DNA from: Amoebidium appalachense
Lineage: Eukaryota > Protista > Ichthyosporea
Reading direction: 5' to 3'
DNA: 64,000 bases
NCBI GenBank assembly: GCA_963693365.1
Contig: CAVNZM010000012.1
Coordinates: forward strand, 5,592,889 to 5,656,888
Shown here: in pieces, positions 12,495-29,960 of the stretch
Layout of the letters: each line of letters starts with the position of its first letter
Numbering within the stretch: position 1 is the stretch's first letter
The notes under the pieces: model-generated
Database searches by the model: none
Seen by the model: only the letters and a program-made list of their open reading frames with translations
Told to the model about the DNA's origin: nothing
Program-made: the position numbers and the translations under genes

Positions 12495-14323
12495 AGGGTA
12501 CAGTGTGCTGACGTTGCTGCAGCGCATGGCCCGGCTGCTGCTGGAACACGGAGCAGATGCACAGCTCAAGAACAACAGCAACATGGGCGTGCTGGACTGC
12601 GCAGCCGCAAAGACTAACAGGTAACAACCCCCCCCCCCCAAAAAAAAAAGGCTTGAGGGCATGAGGGGCTGATTCCCTTGTCCCCACTGTGCGCATGGAT
12701 GATGTTGCATACTTGAATGTTTGCCTTTGCATGTGTCCTGCACCATGCTTCTCATCGTATATGCGTACTTCGTACCGTGTTCCGCATTCAAACCCCCCCA
12801 GTCTTCTTTCAGAGGTGTCCTTTCAGGACAGACCACTGTGTGGAGACCGCTTTACTTCCATGCAACCGGGCATGGTTGCTCTGTGTCGTGCATCTGTAAG
12901 CACATACACACATACACATTTTTCGCTGCACTGCATTAGTTTGCACACACATCTTCACCGTTTTGCTCACCTTGCTTGCATAAGCAACCCTGCTCGTCTT
13001 TGATCAAGACGGGTTGACCCTCCCAAGTTCAGTTGATGCTGCTGTCTGAGTTGGAGAGTCGTATATACGCGGGCTAAGGGGTCAAAACTCAGACGCAATT
13101 GATGACTTGGGCCCTCCCTGAGGATGGGCTCTGCTTATGACACATACTGTGCGCATGGATGATGTTGCATACTTGAATGTTTGCCTTTGCATGTGTCCTG
13201 CACCATGCTTCTCATCGTGTATGCGTACTTCGTACCGTGTTCCGCATTCAAACCCCCCCCCCCCACCCCACCCCTAGGGCCATGAGGCGGCTGCTTGCCG
13301 ACCACCTGGGCCTGCCGCTAGCCGATAGCCCGGCACCCACACCGGCACCAAGCACCCCCCAGCAGCTCACCCCTGGCACGGCCGGGCAGCAAAAGAAGTA
13401 CGTGGGTCCTCCAGCCACATGCACGCATATGCAGACACATGGGCACACATATGCACACGTGGCACACATGTGGACATATGCACACACACGTAGACACCTG
13501 CACACATATGTAGACACATGCAGACACATGGGCACACATACGCACACACAAGCAGACACGTGCCGGCATGGGCACACATGGTCGGGGCACCAGTGCAGAG
13601 GGCATGCACAAGGCAAGGGCACTGCATCTGCCTGGCAGGGCCACTGCAGCCATTTGATTGGCTGCAGGGATGTGTGCTCGTGCAGTCTATCTTGGCACCA
13701 TCTTGGGGCCATCCTTGTGCATTTTCATGGACCCAAACCAATGGATCTTAAAAGGGGAATCTATCTGTGTGAAAATCTCCACACTGTCTACCCGTAGGCA
13801 CATCAGCTCGTTTTTCAGGCATGGCAAGGTGGCTGCAGATCATTTTATTTGCTACGCGAAACTGCACAAAACAGTTTGCTACACCATGGACGAGTCAGCA
13901 ATGCATTAACCATTCTAGGGAGTTCTTTCGTCAGCCATTGCCCATTACCTGCAGCACACAACCAACTGGGACCAGTCTTTCTTTTGCACCCTGTGTTTTC
14001 CCTTCGGGTTGGTGCACTATCTTCCCACCTAACTAAACTGGGGGGCGGGCAGGCCGAGCCACAAGGCCCAGCGGCCGGCCAAGGCGCGCAATAGCGAGGG
14101 GGAGGGCCGGGGGGGGCTTCAGGAGGGCGTGGGGCTGACGGCGGTGGAGCTTGAGCGGCGGCGTTTGCTGGGGCAGCTGGTGGGGGCCATGGAGGGGGAG
14201 CTGCAGCAGGCACAGCAGAGCGTGCAGCTGCTCAGGGCAGAGCTGAGAGAGAAGCAGGACCGGCTGGCTATGCTGCACGAGGACAACAGGGTCCTGCGCA
14301 ACCACCTGAGAAAGTACGCCTAG
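10289..14323 (+). CDS. Homeodomain + ankyrin-repeat + C-terminal coiled-coil protein (multi-exon)
   Basis: Homeodomain split by an intron: [55 protein letters not shown]. Ankyrin repeats [38 protein letters not shown]...LLLEHGAD. Heptad-rich tail [37 protein letters not shown]. Confidence 0.85.
12686..13259. repeat. ~114-bp near-identical direct repeat pair (12686-12799, 13146-13259) inside an intron
   Basis: ACTGTGCGCATGGATGATGTTGCATACTTGAATG...CCGCATTCAAACCCCCC occurs twice, about 346 bp apart. Confidence 0.9.
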
Positions 14324-15621
14324 CAGCCAGGCACCATGCACGAAGGACCCACCCACCCACGTATGAATGAATGCAGCTTGAAAAATAAAGACCTTGTACT
14401 GCTGTGTGCGTAATGTGCCTGCATGTTTGTGTGCATAGGGCACAGACCACCCCAAATCATATGTATTGGTGGCATTGAAGGGCAACACATGGGCGCTATG
14501 CATATGGATGTTCCTGTGGCCGTGCTTGCATCCTGGCCATGGGTGCGGAAGTGTTGGGTTGGACCAACCGGCTCAACCCAGTATATGCATGCTACCACTC
14601 CTATCCTTGGCTTGGCCAACCATGCACACATCTTTCAATCAAGTATACTCTATTTGGTCTCGTACTGACCATGCACACACTGGCAATCAAGTGACTTATA
14701 TTTGGTCTCATGCTGACCATGCACACACCAACATTGTCAAGAGCATGTGAAATGAAACACTGCTACTTTTTGCTGACGGTACACTTGGCCATGCATGGTC
14801 AGATGCAGCCACACAACATGTATATGTGCCACAATGACTGAAAAACATAACACACGTGCGCCGAGATATGACACGTATTGCGATTCCTTATCTTTTGAGC
14901 AGTCCAGGATTTAATGAGGCGGCACATGTATATTCTCGGTCGCCTGCATGTGAGGGTGTTGCAAGGTGGCGAGGCAGCAGTGCCTCCACCTGCAACCACT
15001 GATGGGGCTGTCTGGTCAGCCCAGGGCAAATACAGACATCCGACATCCCGGGTTGGGCTATCTGGCCTGAGGATGTTTGGGCTGGAACTACCCTGTATTT
15101 CCCCATCAACCACCAATGATGGGCTAAAATTACCCTCATAACACCACAAGTTCTCCCTAACCGCCTTTTTATATTGTCTAAATGAGACCTTCCTATGTGG
15201 TATGTAGCTCAGCCGGCCCAACCCACCCCATCTGTGGTTGGGGCTGACCAATCCAGACCGGCCCAAAACCGATCCCCATCAAACAAGGTGCAACAGCCGA
15301 CCATGAAAACAATGATAGGTAGCCACGTACACGTCACGATTACACGACCATGTATAACGATGGAAAACAAGCATGCAGAAGAACATGAATTGCATGCATG
15401 CAGGCAAGTATATAATGCACGGAAAAGCACTATTTTTGCAAGTAATGTACAAAAAAACAGGTATTGGATTCTAATAATGCAAGAAAAACATGTATTGCAA
15501 TTTAGGCAGCCTGTTACAGTCATGGCATCGATATGTTGGATTGTCGAGTTCAAACTTTGGGAGGGGAGGTCTGCAGAAATTCAAAATAACCAATGGCGGT
15601 GCCTTGCTCTGAATCCAGCGG

Positions 15622-15622
<1 letters not shown>

Positions 15623-15707
<85 letters not shown>

Positions 15708-15731
15708 GGGGGGGGGGGGGGGGGGGGGGGG
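15623..15731 (+). repeat. ~109-nt poly-G tract
   Basis: G homopolymer with a single interrupting A. Confidence 0.9.
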
Positions 15732-16099
15732 ATTTGCTGTTGTAGGATCCACCCTTCCCCACCCTCCCAGCTAAACGCAGGGGCCGTGGTCTCTTCCTTC
15801 CCTCCCACCGGTGCACCCCCCATGCATACCCTGGATCCCTTCCACATACCGCTTTGTCCCTCCCACCCCACCCACAACTTCCTGCGTGTAAAAATACTGT
15901 CAACTTACTAGTTGTGTGCATGTGTCTGTCTCTGTGAGTGCATGTGCATATCACCGGCACTATGGTGTGTTCTTGAATCCATAGATCCATCCATGTCTTC
16001 ATGGTTTACGTGCGTGTATGTGCACTCACCTGCAAGCGCGTACGTGGGTGCACGTGTGTCGCAGTGTGTGTGTACGTGTGTGCGTGTGCGTGTGCGCGG

Positions 16100-16140
<41 letters not shown>

Positions 16141-16885
16141 GACACGTGTGTGTGTGTGTGTCGGGATCGCTTAATGTATAAAGGGAGTGGGCAACACCTA
16201 AGCCGCCTGGTAGTCGCATAAGAGCAACCAGGGGCAAGGAGGGACGAAGGCGCTTCACGTAGCCGAGCACAATCTCAAATAATGATCATCGTCTATAGTA
16301 TACGGATTCAGAAGCGGCATGAGTTTCTTGGGACATTGGAAGGGCTGCATGGGCCGGTCTGTTGGCAGTGCAGACAGCCGCGATGTCACTCACGATGTGC
16401 AATAGAATGTACTCATAGGCCTGACATAAATCCCACATATGGTTGTGCGAGAGGTCGCGTGATTGGTGGGTACGCGTACCCTAGCCGCAGGAATGTGTTT
16501 TATCGCATTGGCATGCAGGCGATGCAACTCAAAGAGCAAGGTACGTGTGACAACAGCAGTGGTTGAGCTGAGAGGACAACGCAAATCGATTATCATAGTG
16601 TTTGTCCTGCAACTCTGCATCCACACCCAATATTAGTGGGTCGCTTGCAGCAGAGAGGGCCCAAAACACAGCCGCGTGACCGCCTGACCAGCCTCAGGGT
16701 GAACGCGCACTAGCACACCTCGTAGCTGCAGTGGTGGTTAGGCAGCCTGACCTTGCAGGGCCTTGTGCGCGTGGGCCAACGGCCCGTGGCAGACAGAGCC
16801 GCACAGGGGAGGGACGCAGACTGCGCCGTGACGGACAGGTGGCCTTACAGGGCCTGCACACGCTGCCTGTGTGGCCCCACGCACC

Positions 16886-21277
<4,392 letters not shown>

Positions 21278-21461
21278 GCTCTGGCCGGCCGGGCCACCGC
21301 ATGGCTGCAGGGCTCTGGCAGCCTTATGCACGGGGGAGGGAGGGGGGAGGGAGGGATTGCTGCGCAGGCACGTGGCAGAGAGCTTCTGTGGACATGTGGC
21401 GACCCGGCAGATGCAAATTTACTAATAGGGTGAAGCTTGGAGACAATCAGGCATAGTCTTG

Positions 21462-21599
21462 GTGTGTGCGGACATGCCATGCACCCACTATGGTGGCTGC
21501 AGGGTTGATGTGTGTGGACATGCCATGCACCCACTATGGTGGCTGCAGGGTTGATGTGTGTGGACATGCCATGCACCCACTATGGTGGCTGCAGGGTTG
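21462..21599 (+). repeat. 46-bp tandem repeat x3 downstream of the actin-fusion gene
   Basis: GACATGCCATGCACCCACTATGGTGGCTGCAGGGTTG at 21471, 21517 and 21563. Confidence 0.9.
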
Positions 21600-23232
21600 G
21601 GCCAAGCACACCCTGTAGATGTACCTACCACGTCATGCAGCTACATAAGCAGGGCATGCCATGTGTGTGTGAGGTGGCGGTGGCGGTGGTCCTGGGTGGT
21701 GGTCTGCCCGTGCTGGGTGGCCACTGCCCCACCCCCTCGTCCCTTCACCCTTTGCATATGTACAGGGATTAACATTTATGCAGTCTGCACGTGCAGTGTA
21801 ACTTAGGGCATTCCACACCCGTATACCACAGACAGAACAGCGCCATATTTCCTACACGTGTACACCATACCAAATCTATTATTAGCATGTACATATTAGC
21901 TGCAGTCCTTACATTAGTCATCTTAATAATATTAATTCATTAAAGTGGTTGCATATCAGGCTCCGGTCTCATAAGCGATTAATATCATTGGCCCATACGG
22001 TGTGGCCATGGAACTGCTCGAGGCTGTGCATGCACCACTTCATCAAGTCAGGGCTGCGGACTGACCAATTCACCATGCTCTCTATGGTGGACCCATGGCA
22101 CTGCATGGAGCCATGTTTCATTGCATCACTGTGTGCACTATGCAGACACACAGCAAGAGGCACCACACAGACTTACGTGCACATGCCACCTAGGATCTGG
22201 CTCGTAATGTCATGAAAGAGCCCAGTTACCGGCGGATATCGGTGCGGGCCAGGCCCTGTTGTTTCCCTGCAGCCAAGACTTGGTGTGAGTCTTCCTGCTG
22301 CACAAGTCAATGCCCACACATGAATTCGGTTTACCCTTTGTAATGATATCGTATGGCATTGAACTCGGTGCCTGTTGTGTTGATGATAGTATTTCAAGCC
22401 CCGGGGGGTGGAAAGAATCTTCAGGGCTGCAAACACCGTCACTGTAGATTCTATGCTGAAGTCTATCAACGTGCTACAAACTGAGTGAAATCTGGCTGCA
22501 AAAACCACACAGCAGAGGCCTACCGTACCGACAAAGCCGGCTTGTTCTTAAATAATTGGAAGGAGACTACATATTGCTAGAGGAAGTTTATTGTGCTGCC
22601 GTACGTGAGCACACTCATTCAGCAAAGTTTTTCCTTTACTGATTAGTTCTCTTTTTTCACTTTGATTCCGCTTGTGCTGTTGCACAATGATCCAGCTCGC
22701 AGCAAGTTGATTACATATCTGCTTTTCGTGACTGGCCCAGTAGCTACATATGTACCACTGTCTGGTGTGTAGCTGTAGATGTATCTTCAGAACGACTCTG
22801 AAGCAGAAACCACAGCAATATTTACGAATGAGAAAGAAAGAACAAATGAAAGAGAGAGCGTTGTAACCGGAGTAAAAGAGTTTTTTTTTTTTTTTTTTTT
22901 TTGTTTTTTTTTGACGCCCGTCGGTTTATTACGAAATGTCCCGCCCAAATCTTTTGTCTACGGCTTTTGATTGGCCTTTTGGATCGCAATAGATTGAATA
23001 GATTCCACGCTCACACGTCTGCAACTGTGTGCAAGTACACGTGGGTGTCTGCAAGCGCCTAGAAGTGTGTGTCTGCTAGTGTTTTGAGCGCGTGCTTGCT
23101 ACAAATAGGGTCTGTGGCCTTGCACGTGCTTGCTGCGTGCGAGACCGGGGCCTGCACTGAGCGGCCGAGGGCACTACTGCCACAGGGAGCCACTACTCTG
23201 CCGCCACAGGGAGCCACTACTCTGCCGCCACC

Positions 23233-26200
23233 ATGAGGGAGACGGCCCTGTCGGCGGCTGAGCGCGCCGTGGTGCTGGACAGTGTTCGCGGCGCAAAGGT
23301 GTGTGCCCTGTGCGGGGAGGGGAGGGGCGGGGGAAGGGGGGAAGGGGGGAAGGGGGAGGCGGCAGGGCGGGGGGGGAGGGAGGGGGGAGGGGGGAGTGTA
23401 CTGAGTGGAAGGGCAGCGGTTGGACGGGCGGGGGGCCTACGACTACCGGCGGGCCAAGTTCACGTTTGGGCCCGACTACGGCCAGGTCGAGGTGCAGCTG
23501 GGCCAGACACGGTGCGTGCCCTGGAAGCAGCGGTGCCCGTGTGTGTGTGCACGTGCAGCTCGCCCTTGGTTGTGTTCGTGTTCGCGTCTGGCACATGTGG
23601 TTGGTTGTCTTTGTGTGTGTGTGTGTTGTTTGTGTGTGTGCGTGCGTGCGCTTGCGCGTGTGCTTGTGCATGCGCGTGCGCGTGCGCGTGCGCTTGGGCG
23701 TGGATATGCTCGTGCGTGTGTGACTGGTTGTGTGCATAATCGTCTAGCTTTCTTGAGTGCATAGGCTCGCTTGTGCGCTTGTGTATGTGTTGGTGAGCAG
23801 TGTGCCTGTGTGTATATGTACGCATGTGTTCATGTGTGCATGCGTGCGTGTGTGCGTGTGTGCATGTGAATTTGTACGTGCCTGCCTGTCTGAGCTTGTG
23901 TGAACGTGTCTGCAAATGGGCGGTTACTGCGTTGGTGGGTCTGTGTGTGGCTTGGTGTGGCACTGACGGGGCTGCAGGGTGCTGTGCCAGGTGTCGTGTG
24001 AGGTGGTGGCGCCGCAGGCCGACCAGCCGACCGAGGGCTTTGTGCTGTTCAGCACCGAGCTGGGCCAGATGGCCGCACCTTCGTTTGAGCCCGGTAGGCC
24101 CAGCGAGCAGGCGCTGGAGGTGGCCCGCATAGTCGAGAGGGGCTTCAGGGACAGCAGGGCCGTGGAGACCGAGGGCCTGTGCATTGTGGCCGGCAAGAAG
24201 GTGGGGAGGGGGGAAGGGGGGAGGGTGGACGAGGGATATATGTTACATCTATTATAGAGAGGGGGGGGGGGGGGGGGGGGTTGGGAGGGGGGAGGGGCAT
24301 AGGTGAGTGATGACGTTTCAGGGAGGAGCACAAGGGATGAAGGACTGAGGGGGAGCGGGCCTTGGCTGTGCAGGTGTGGGCCGTGCGGGTGGACGTGTGT
24401 GTGCTGGACCACTGCGGCAACATGGTCGATGCCGCTGCCATGGCCGCAGCTGCAGCCCTGCGCCACTTCAGGAGGCCTGACGTCACAGTGCTGGGCGAGG
24501 AGGCCACAGTGGTGGGTTGGGGGGGGATAGGGGTTACGAAGCTGATTGGGAGGTGGGAGGGGCTGGCTGGGGGTGTGGTAAGCTGGGGTAGGTGAAAGCC
24601 TACCGGGGGTGGGGTGGGAGTGAGGGTGGTTTCCTTGTGTGGAGCTCATAGCCATGGCTACACACGTGGGCTGTGGTTTGCTGTGCTGGACCCTAGCCCA
24701 GCACCCCATAGCAGCAACATCAATGGGCCGTATATGGCAATACTTGCATTGCTGCAAGACTGTGTGGGCTGTGCACGCACTAGTGGCATGAAGGTAGCCC
24801 TAGGTGCCAGATTGGGGCCACCATCAAGCCCATGGCCATGGGCCCATGCAGTCTGGCTGCTTGGCATGCCACTGGGCCCTGCTGGTGGCTCCAGTGCTGC
24901 CAATCAAATGCTCCTTGCCCATACTGGGGTGGTGCTGGCATCCAGCATGCACACCCACTGCAGTGATCGTAAGGGCGGGAAGAAGGTGTCCAGCAAAGAA
25001 CCATGTCCATATTGCCAAGGCTTAGTTTAGGTCACCACAATCAATTAGTTCACTCGAGATTCGGCGCCAGCTGCACTAGTTCGTGCAGCGGGGGAACCAT
25101 GGAATCATGGCGACCGTAGATCATGGCAACTTGATGGACGGGCATGTGTTTTTGGTACGGTGGGCCTTACACCCTTGATAACGGCAACATTGAGCACACT
25201 CTTAAGGGTGGTTTGAGTGGCTGCCCGTTGGCCATATGTCTCACTTGTGTTGGTGTGGTGGCATGCAATCATATGGGTTTGGAGCTGCAAGAGAGCCTAG
25301 CAGCCTGGCGGCACAGAGGGCATAGCACATCCGAGCATGCTTGTGCCGGCCATGGGCCCTGCATTGGCTGGGGGCTGACCATTGCTTGTATGATGGTGCC
25401 TGGGTCCTCTGTATGACTTGTGCACCGTGGAAGGGAGACACTGACTGACACAAGGAGGAGGGGGAGGGGGGGGGGTTATGGTTAGGGGGAAGGACACTGA
25501 CACAGGGCAGAGGCTAACTGGTGGGGGGGCAGCACCCACTGGACGAGAGAGAACCCGTGCCCCTGGCCATTCACCACCACCCCCTGACCGTCAGCTTTGC
25601 CTTCTTCGATGGCGGGTAGGTTGTGTTAGCATGGAGGGTAGGTGCACACATGTGTGCCATCATGGAGAGTAGGTGCACACATGGTCAGCACAGTGGGATT
25701 GCTGACTGGTTGTGGGCAGGGAGCGGCTCGTGGTGGACCCGAGCCAGCAGGAGGAGCGGGTTGCTGAGGGGGGCATGACGCTGACCCTCAATGCCCACAA
25801 GGAGATCTGCGCCATCCACAAGAGCGGAAAGGTGGCCCTGAGCCCAGAGCAGGTGCTGGCCTGCACACCCCCCCTACATGCACACACGCACATACACTAG
25901 GTGGTGTACACACGGACACACACACAACCGCTGGTGTAGAAATACGCCATCTACTGGGTGAGCACGCACACATACATGTACAAGCACACAGCACGGTGCC
26001 CACACACACAGACACATTCCGGCACATGCACAAACACACAGTCATGGGCACAAAACCAACACACACACGAACATGCTCAGGCGACAGAGGCGATACATCT
26101 GCATGCACAGGCAATGTGCACACTACAGTGACACGCACACAGGCACACACCTTTGCTTTCTTTGTGGATGCACACACAGGCACCGGTCATTGCAGCTGCA

Positions 26201-28142
26201 CGTGTGTATGTTCCACGGCATGCCTTGTGGCCCATGCTCCTGCTGCTCACACTGGGAGCCACGGCTGAGCACACAGAATGCACTACAGTGCACTGGGGGG
26301 CATGGCATGGCAGGGGGGGTGGTGTGGTGACAGGCAGGGCAGATGGTGCGGTGTGTGCAGGTTGCGCAGGTCAAGGTGGCCGAGATAGCTGAGGCCATTG
26401 CCAGCCACCTGGACCAGGCCGCAGGCCCAAGGTCGGGCCCACCATGCATGTGCATGCACATACGTGCATACACACACACACACACATGCATACACATGCA
26501 CACACACATGGACATACATGCACACACGTGCATAAAGGCGCCCCCCGTCGACCAATGCATATTAGCAGCCAGCCACATGCATTCAGGGTTAGGATCACAG
26601 GTTACCCTACTCCTAGCCCCGTAAGAGGGTCTTGAATCTTATGCTGCTGCCTGGGCATTCAACAGTTATTGGCATGTCTGGTTGCTCACCCGTAGCAGCT
26701 TCATAAGCACATGTGCTCACCCTGACTTTATGCATGTGGTGTATGGTGGGGACCTGCAGACGAGACACACACAGTCGCTGGAATGCAACCCACACAACCC
26801 ACATGCACACATGCCCACATAAAACACACATACCCACATGCCCACATAAAACACACATACCCACATGCCCACATAACACACACATACCCACATGCCCACA
26901 TAACACACATACCCACATGCCCACATAACACACACATAACCACATGCCCACATAACACACATACCCACATGCCCACATAACACACACATAACCACATGCC
27001 CACATAACACACATACCCACATGCCCACATAACACACACATACCCATATATACCAAGATCACTTCACAATCCCAACACACTCAGGCATCATACACACATA
27101 GCCATACACATGCACCAGACAATTCCATACCCCGCTTGCTGATATATAACACCCACACATGCCCACATAATTCACACATACCCATACAATAACACCACGA
27201 TCGCAACACACCTGCTGCCATGCGCATACAATAACACCACAATTGCAACACACCTGCTGCCATGCACATGCATGCATGCCACTGCCAACTGATGAGGCAT
27301 GTCTCCTGCCCGCCACTAACTGCTGCGCCTACAGGAAGGGTGCTTTGCCGAGCCGCCAAGGCCCCAAGGTAGGCTCTGCCCCTGGTAGGTGGGGTGCTTG
27401 TAATCAGTGTGCTGACTGGCAGGCAGGTCATTGGCGAGAACATTGCCTGCACAGCCACCCCCCATGCCGTGGATGTTGCCCTCCAATCGTATGTTGTCCC
27501 CCCCCCCCCCCCCCCCTTCCCCCCATCATGATGATCCCACCTGCCAGGCCTGCCTCACTGCCTTTTGACCTGGCTGATACACCCAGTTACGTGCCACAGC
27601 CCACGTTGCTGGTTTGCATTATGACACCGTGTTTGTGTGGTGCCGTAATTTCTGGCGGGCAAAGGGTGGAGGTGTGGGGCCACATGGGCCTATGGGGGGC
27701 TTGCAGCACCGGCCTGGGCGCATGGCTGGTGGGCATGGCCGTGCAGCCTGCAGGTGGCCATGCAGCATGCATGGCACACTGCCAGCCACGGCCTGAGTGG
27801 GGCCAGGCCAGGCACCTGGCTGCATGCATGGTGGGCACTGGCAGGCAGAGGCACCCTGGGCTGTGGGTGGGCAAGCAGGGCCCTGGCTGCTGGGGCTGTG
27901 TGGGCCGTGGCAGTGGGCAAGTAGGCACTGGGCATGGGTTTAACTCAGGACATGCGGGGGCCTGCAGGGGCATGGAGGGTGCCGGCCAGGCCAAGGGAGG
28001 GAGTGCAGGTGGGTGGCTGGTGTGGGGGGAAGGGGGGGAGAGGGGGGGCATCCATAGGGAGCTGTTGCTGACGGCAGGGTGCCGGCTTGCAGCAGATGCA
28101 AGCGACAGCGAGGAGGAGCCAATCACGCTGGCTGGGCGCTAG
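23233..28142 (+). CDS. RRP45: Exosome core subunit RRP45/EXOSC9 (RNase PH family); 3' exons less certain
   Basis: Kozak GCCGCCACCATG, then RLDGRGAYDYR, EVQLGQTRV, RDSRAVETEGLCIVAGKKVWAVRVDVCVLDHCGNMVDAA, ALRHFRRPDVTV, EREPVPLAIHHHP, LVVDPSQQEE and NAHKEICAIHKSG. Confidence 0.93.
26795..27050 (+). repeat. ~25-27-bp intronic minisatellite (CACATACCCACATGCCCACATAACA)
   Basis: About ten tandem units in an RRP45 intron. Confidence 0.85.
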
Positions 28143-29189
28143 CACAGGCCAGTGCCTGCCTGCTGATGCATGCCCCACACCCCATGCGGGCACATGGTGG
28201 CGCACAGTAAGGGCATTGTGGGCAGTGAGCAAGGCATTCCTGGTCTGTGGGCCGCATGGCCGAGGGGCTCACTTGTGATGTGGATGCATGGGCCCCCCCA
28301 TGCCCTGCATGGCTGGCACCTCCAGTAGTGCACCCCATGATGGTGTGGGGCTAGATGCACACAACCGTTATCTGTTCCCGTAGTGTGACACAGCTAGTAT
28401 GAAGACCAGTTATCTCATGAATGAATGGAAGATGTTTGTTCCCTGCAATTTAAAAAGGCACACTCGGGGCCTGGGCCTTGGTGCAGCTTGGTTGTTGTGC
28501 AAAAGCCTACACGCAACAAAGTGCCCAATCAAAGAAACGACTGCCAAAAGAGAGTCTGAACGAGCAATAAAGTCATGCATGTGGCCCCCCTGCCTGTTGC
28601 CTTTCAGTTGATGTCTTGTGCACACAGCCACGATTACCAACTAGTGTGCAAGCAGCCGTGCATATGATGTAGGAGACATCTGGACATGTGCAGGGTGAAA
28701 AATTTATAAACAATTTGCTGGAATTGTGTTTAAATAGCGGAGCAAGAAACACCGTGAAACAAGCTGTTCATACACCATGATACCCACATGCCATGACCTA
28801 TGACAGACATGCCTGAGATACATATTCATATCAATATCAGTGCTCAAGCTCAGCAAACTGCTGGAAAAAAAACCCTTTGACGAGCATCAGAGAGTGTCAC
28901 AACAACAAATCAACTGATTATTACACACGTTTTCAGGCTATATAAGGCTAACCAGGCTACCCAAGTGAGTCGTCATGACTCTTTACCCCAGCCACTTTCT
29001 GGCGGCCTCGGGGCAGCCGCTGTGCGACGGCCATTAACGACATTAGGACGCCTAGACCTGCTTCTTAAAACACACCCATCGGCATTATCTATAAGAAAGG
29101 CAGCCATTTGATGTTCTGCTTCATGCACCAGAGCCTTCCAGTGACTCTCACACTACGAAGACCAACCCATCATTGAAATTAACCAAAGT

Positions 29190-29960
29190 TTGAAATTCCT
29201 ATTACTTTGAGCTACGAAACCCTTCACCTGAAACCACGCCATTCCGATTGGATTGAAACGACACCCCCGGCCCCAGCAGGCAGCCAAAGAATTTTATGGC
29301 CAAAAACCTCGGCAATACATTCCGCCTCTCTGAACGCCGTGCTCACATACGAATCACGCAACTTGCTGATGAATCATCCCAAAGAACTTGCACTGTCCAA
29401 TAATCCTTCAGGTAGTATTCTTTCTCGAGGCCGTCGTTTGCCGATTGGCTTGATTCCCAGCTCCTTGATTCATTTCAAAGGCTCCATGTATGTCTGGGTG
29501 CTTGGTTCTGTTTCATGAGGGGTCTGTTCTTCGTACTTGAATGATAAGGCCATGAATATGATTATTGTCCCAGGGTAATCGTTCAATGACAAGCAGAGTT
29601 CCAGAATCAAACAGGCTCCAAAATGCTCGGCATTCCGAAAACTTTATTCAGTTGCGGGTTTCCGTTCTCCTTGCACTTTTTGCTCCGGCAAGCAAACGCA
29701 GTCTTGCCGTATACCATTCTGTCTAACCCCCCCCCCCCCCCCCTCCCACCCCCCACTCTGACCATGACCAGTCTCGGACTCTTTCCTTCCTTCTGCTTAA
29801 TTTCCTTCCATAGTGATTTCACTTGAACCCCGTTGATTGTTCGAGAAGTCATACCAACCATGGGAGGGCTGGTGGTTTCGGGTGACCGCGGATTTGTCTA
29901 AAAACACCATGGTTGTGCCTTGCCAAGCGCCCTGTACGAACAGTAGTCGTAAATGAATGC
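29190..29960 (-). pseudogene. Degenerate IS630-Tc1/mariner-type DDE transposase
   Basis: Broken frames read TMVFLDKSAVTRNHQPSHGWYD, KEGKSPRLVMVRVGG and IAEVFGHKILWLP...FNPIGMAWFQVKGFVAQSN. These match the Tc1-like motifs IVYLDE, GKGxRLI and GHxVLRLPPYHxxxNPIExxWxxVKxxVA. Confidence 0.7.

Noticed and set aside
15195-16002. Poly-Gly/poly-Pro ORFs
   Set aside because: Products of the poly-G tract, whose length may itself be a sequencing artefact.
22173-22508. 111-aa minus-strand ORF
   Set aside because: No recognisable motif or splice context.
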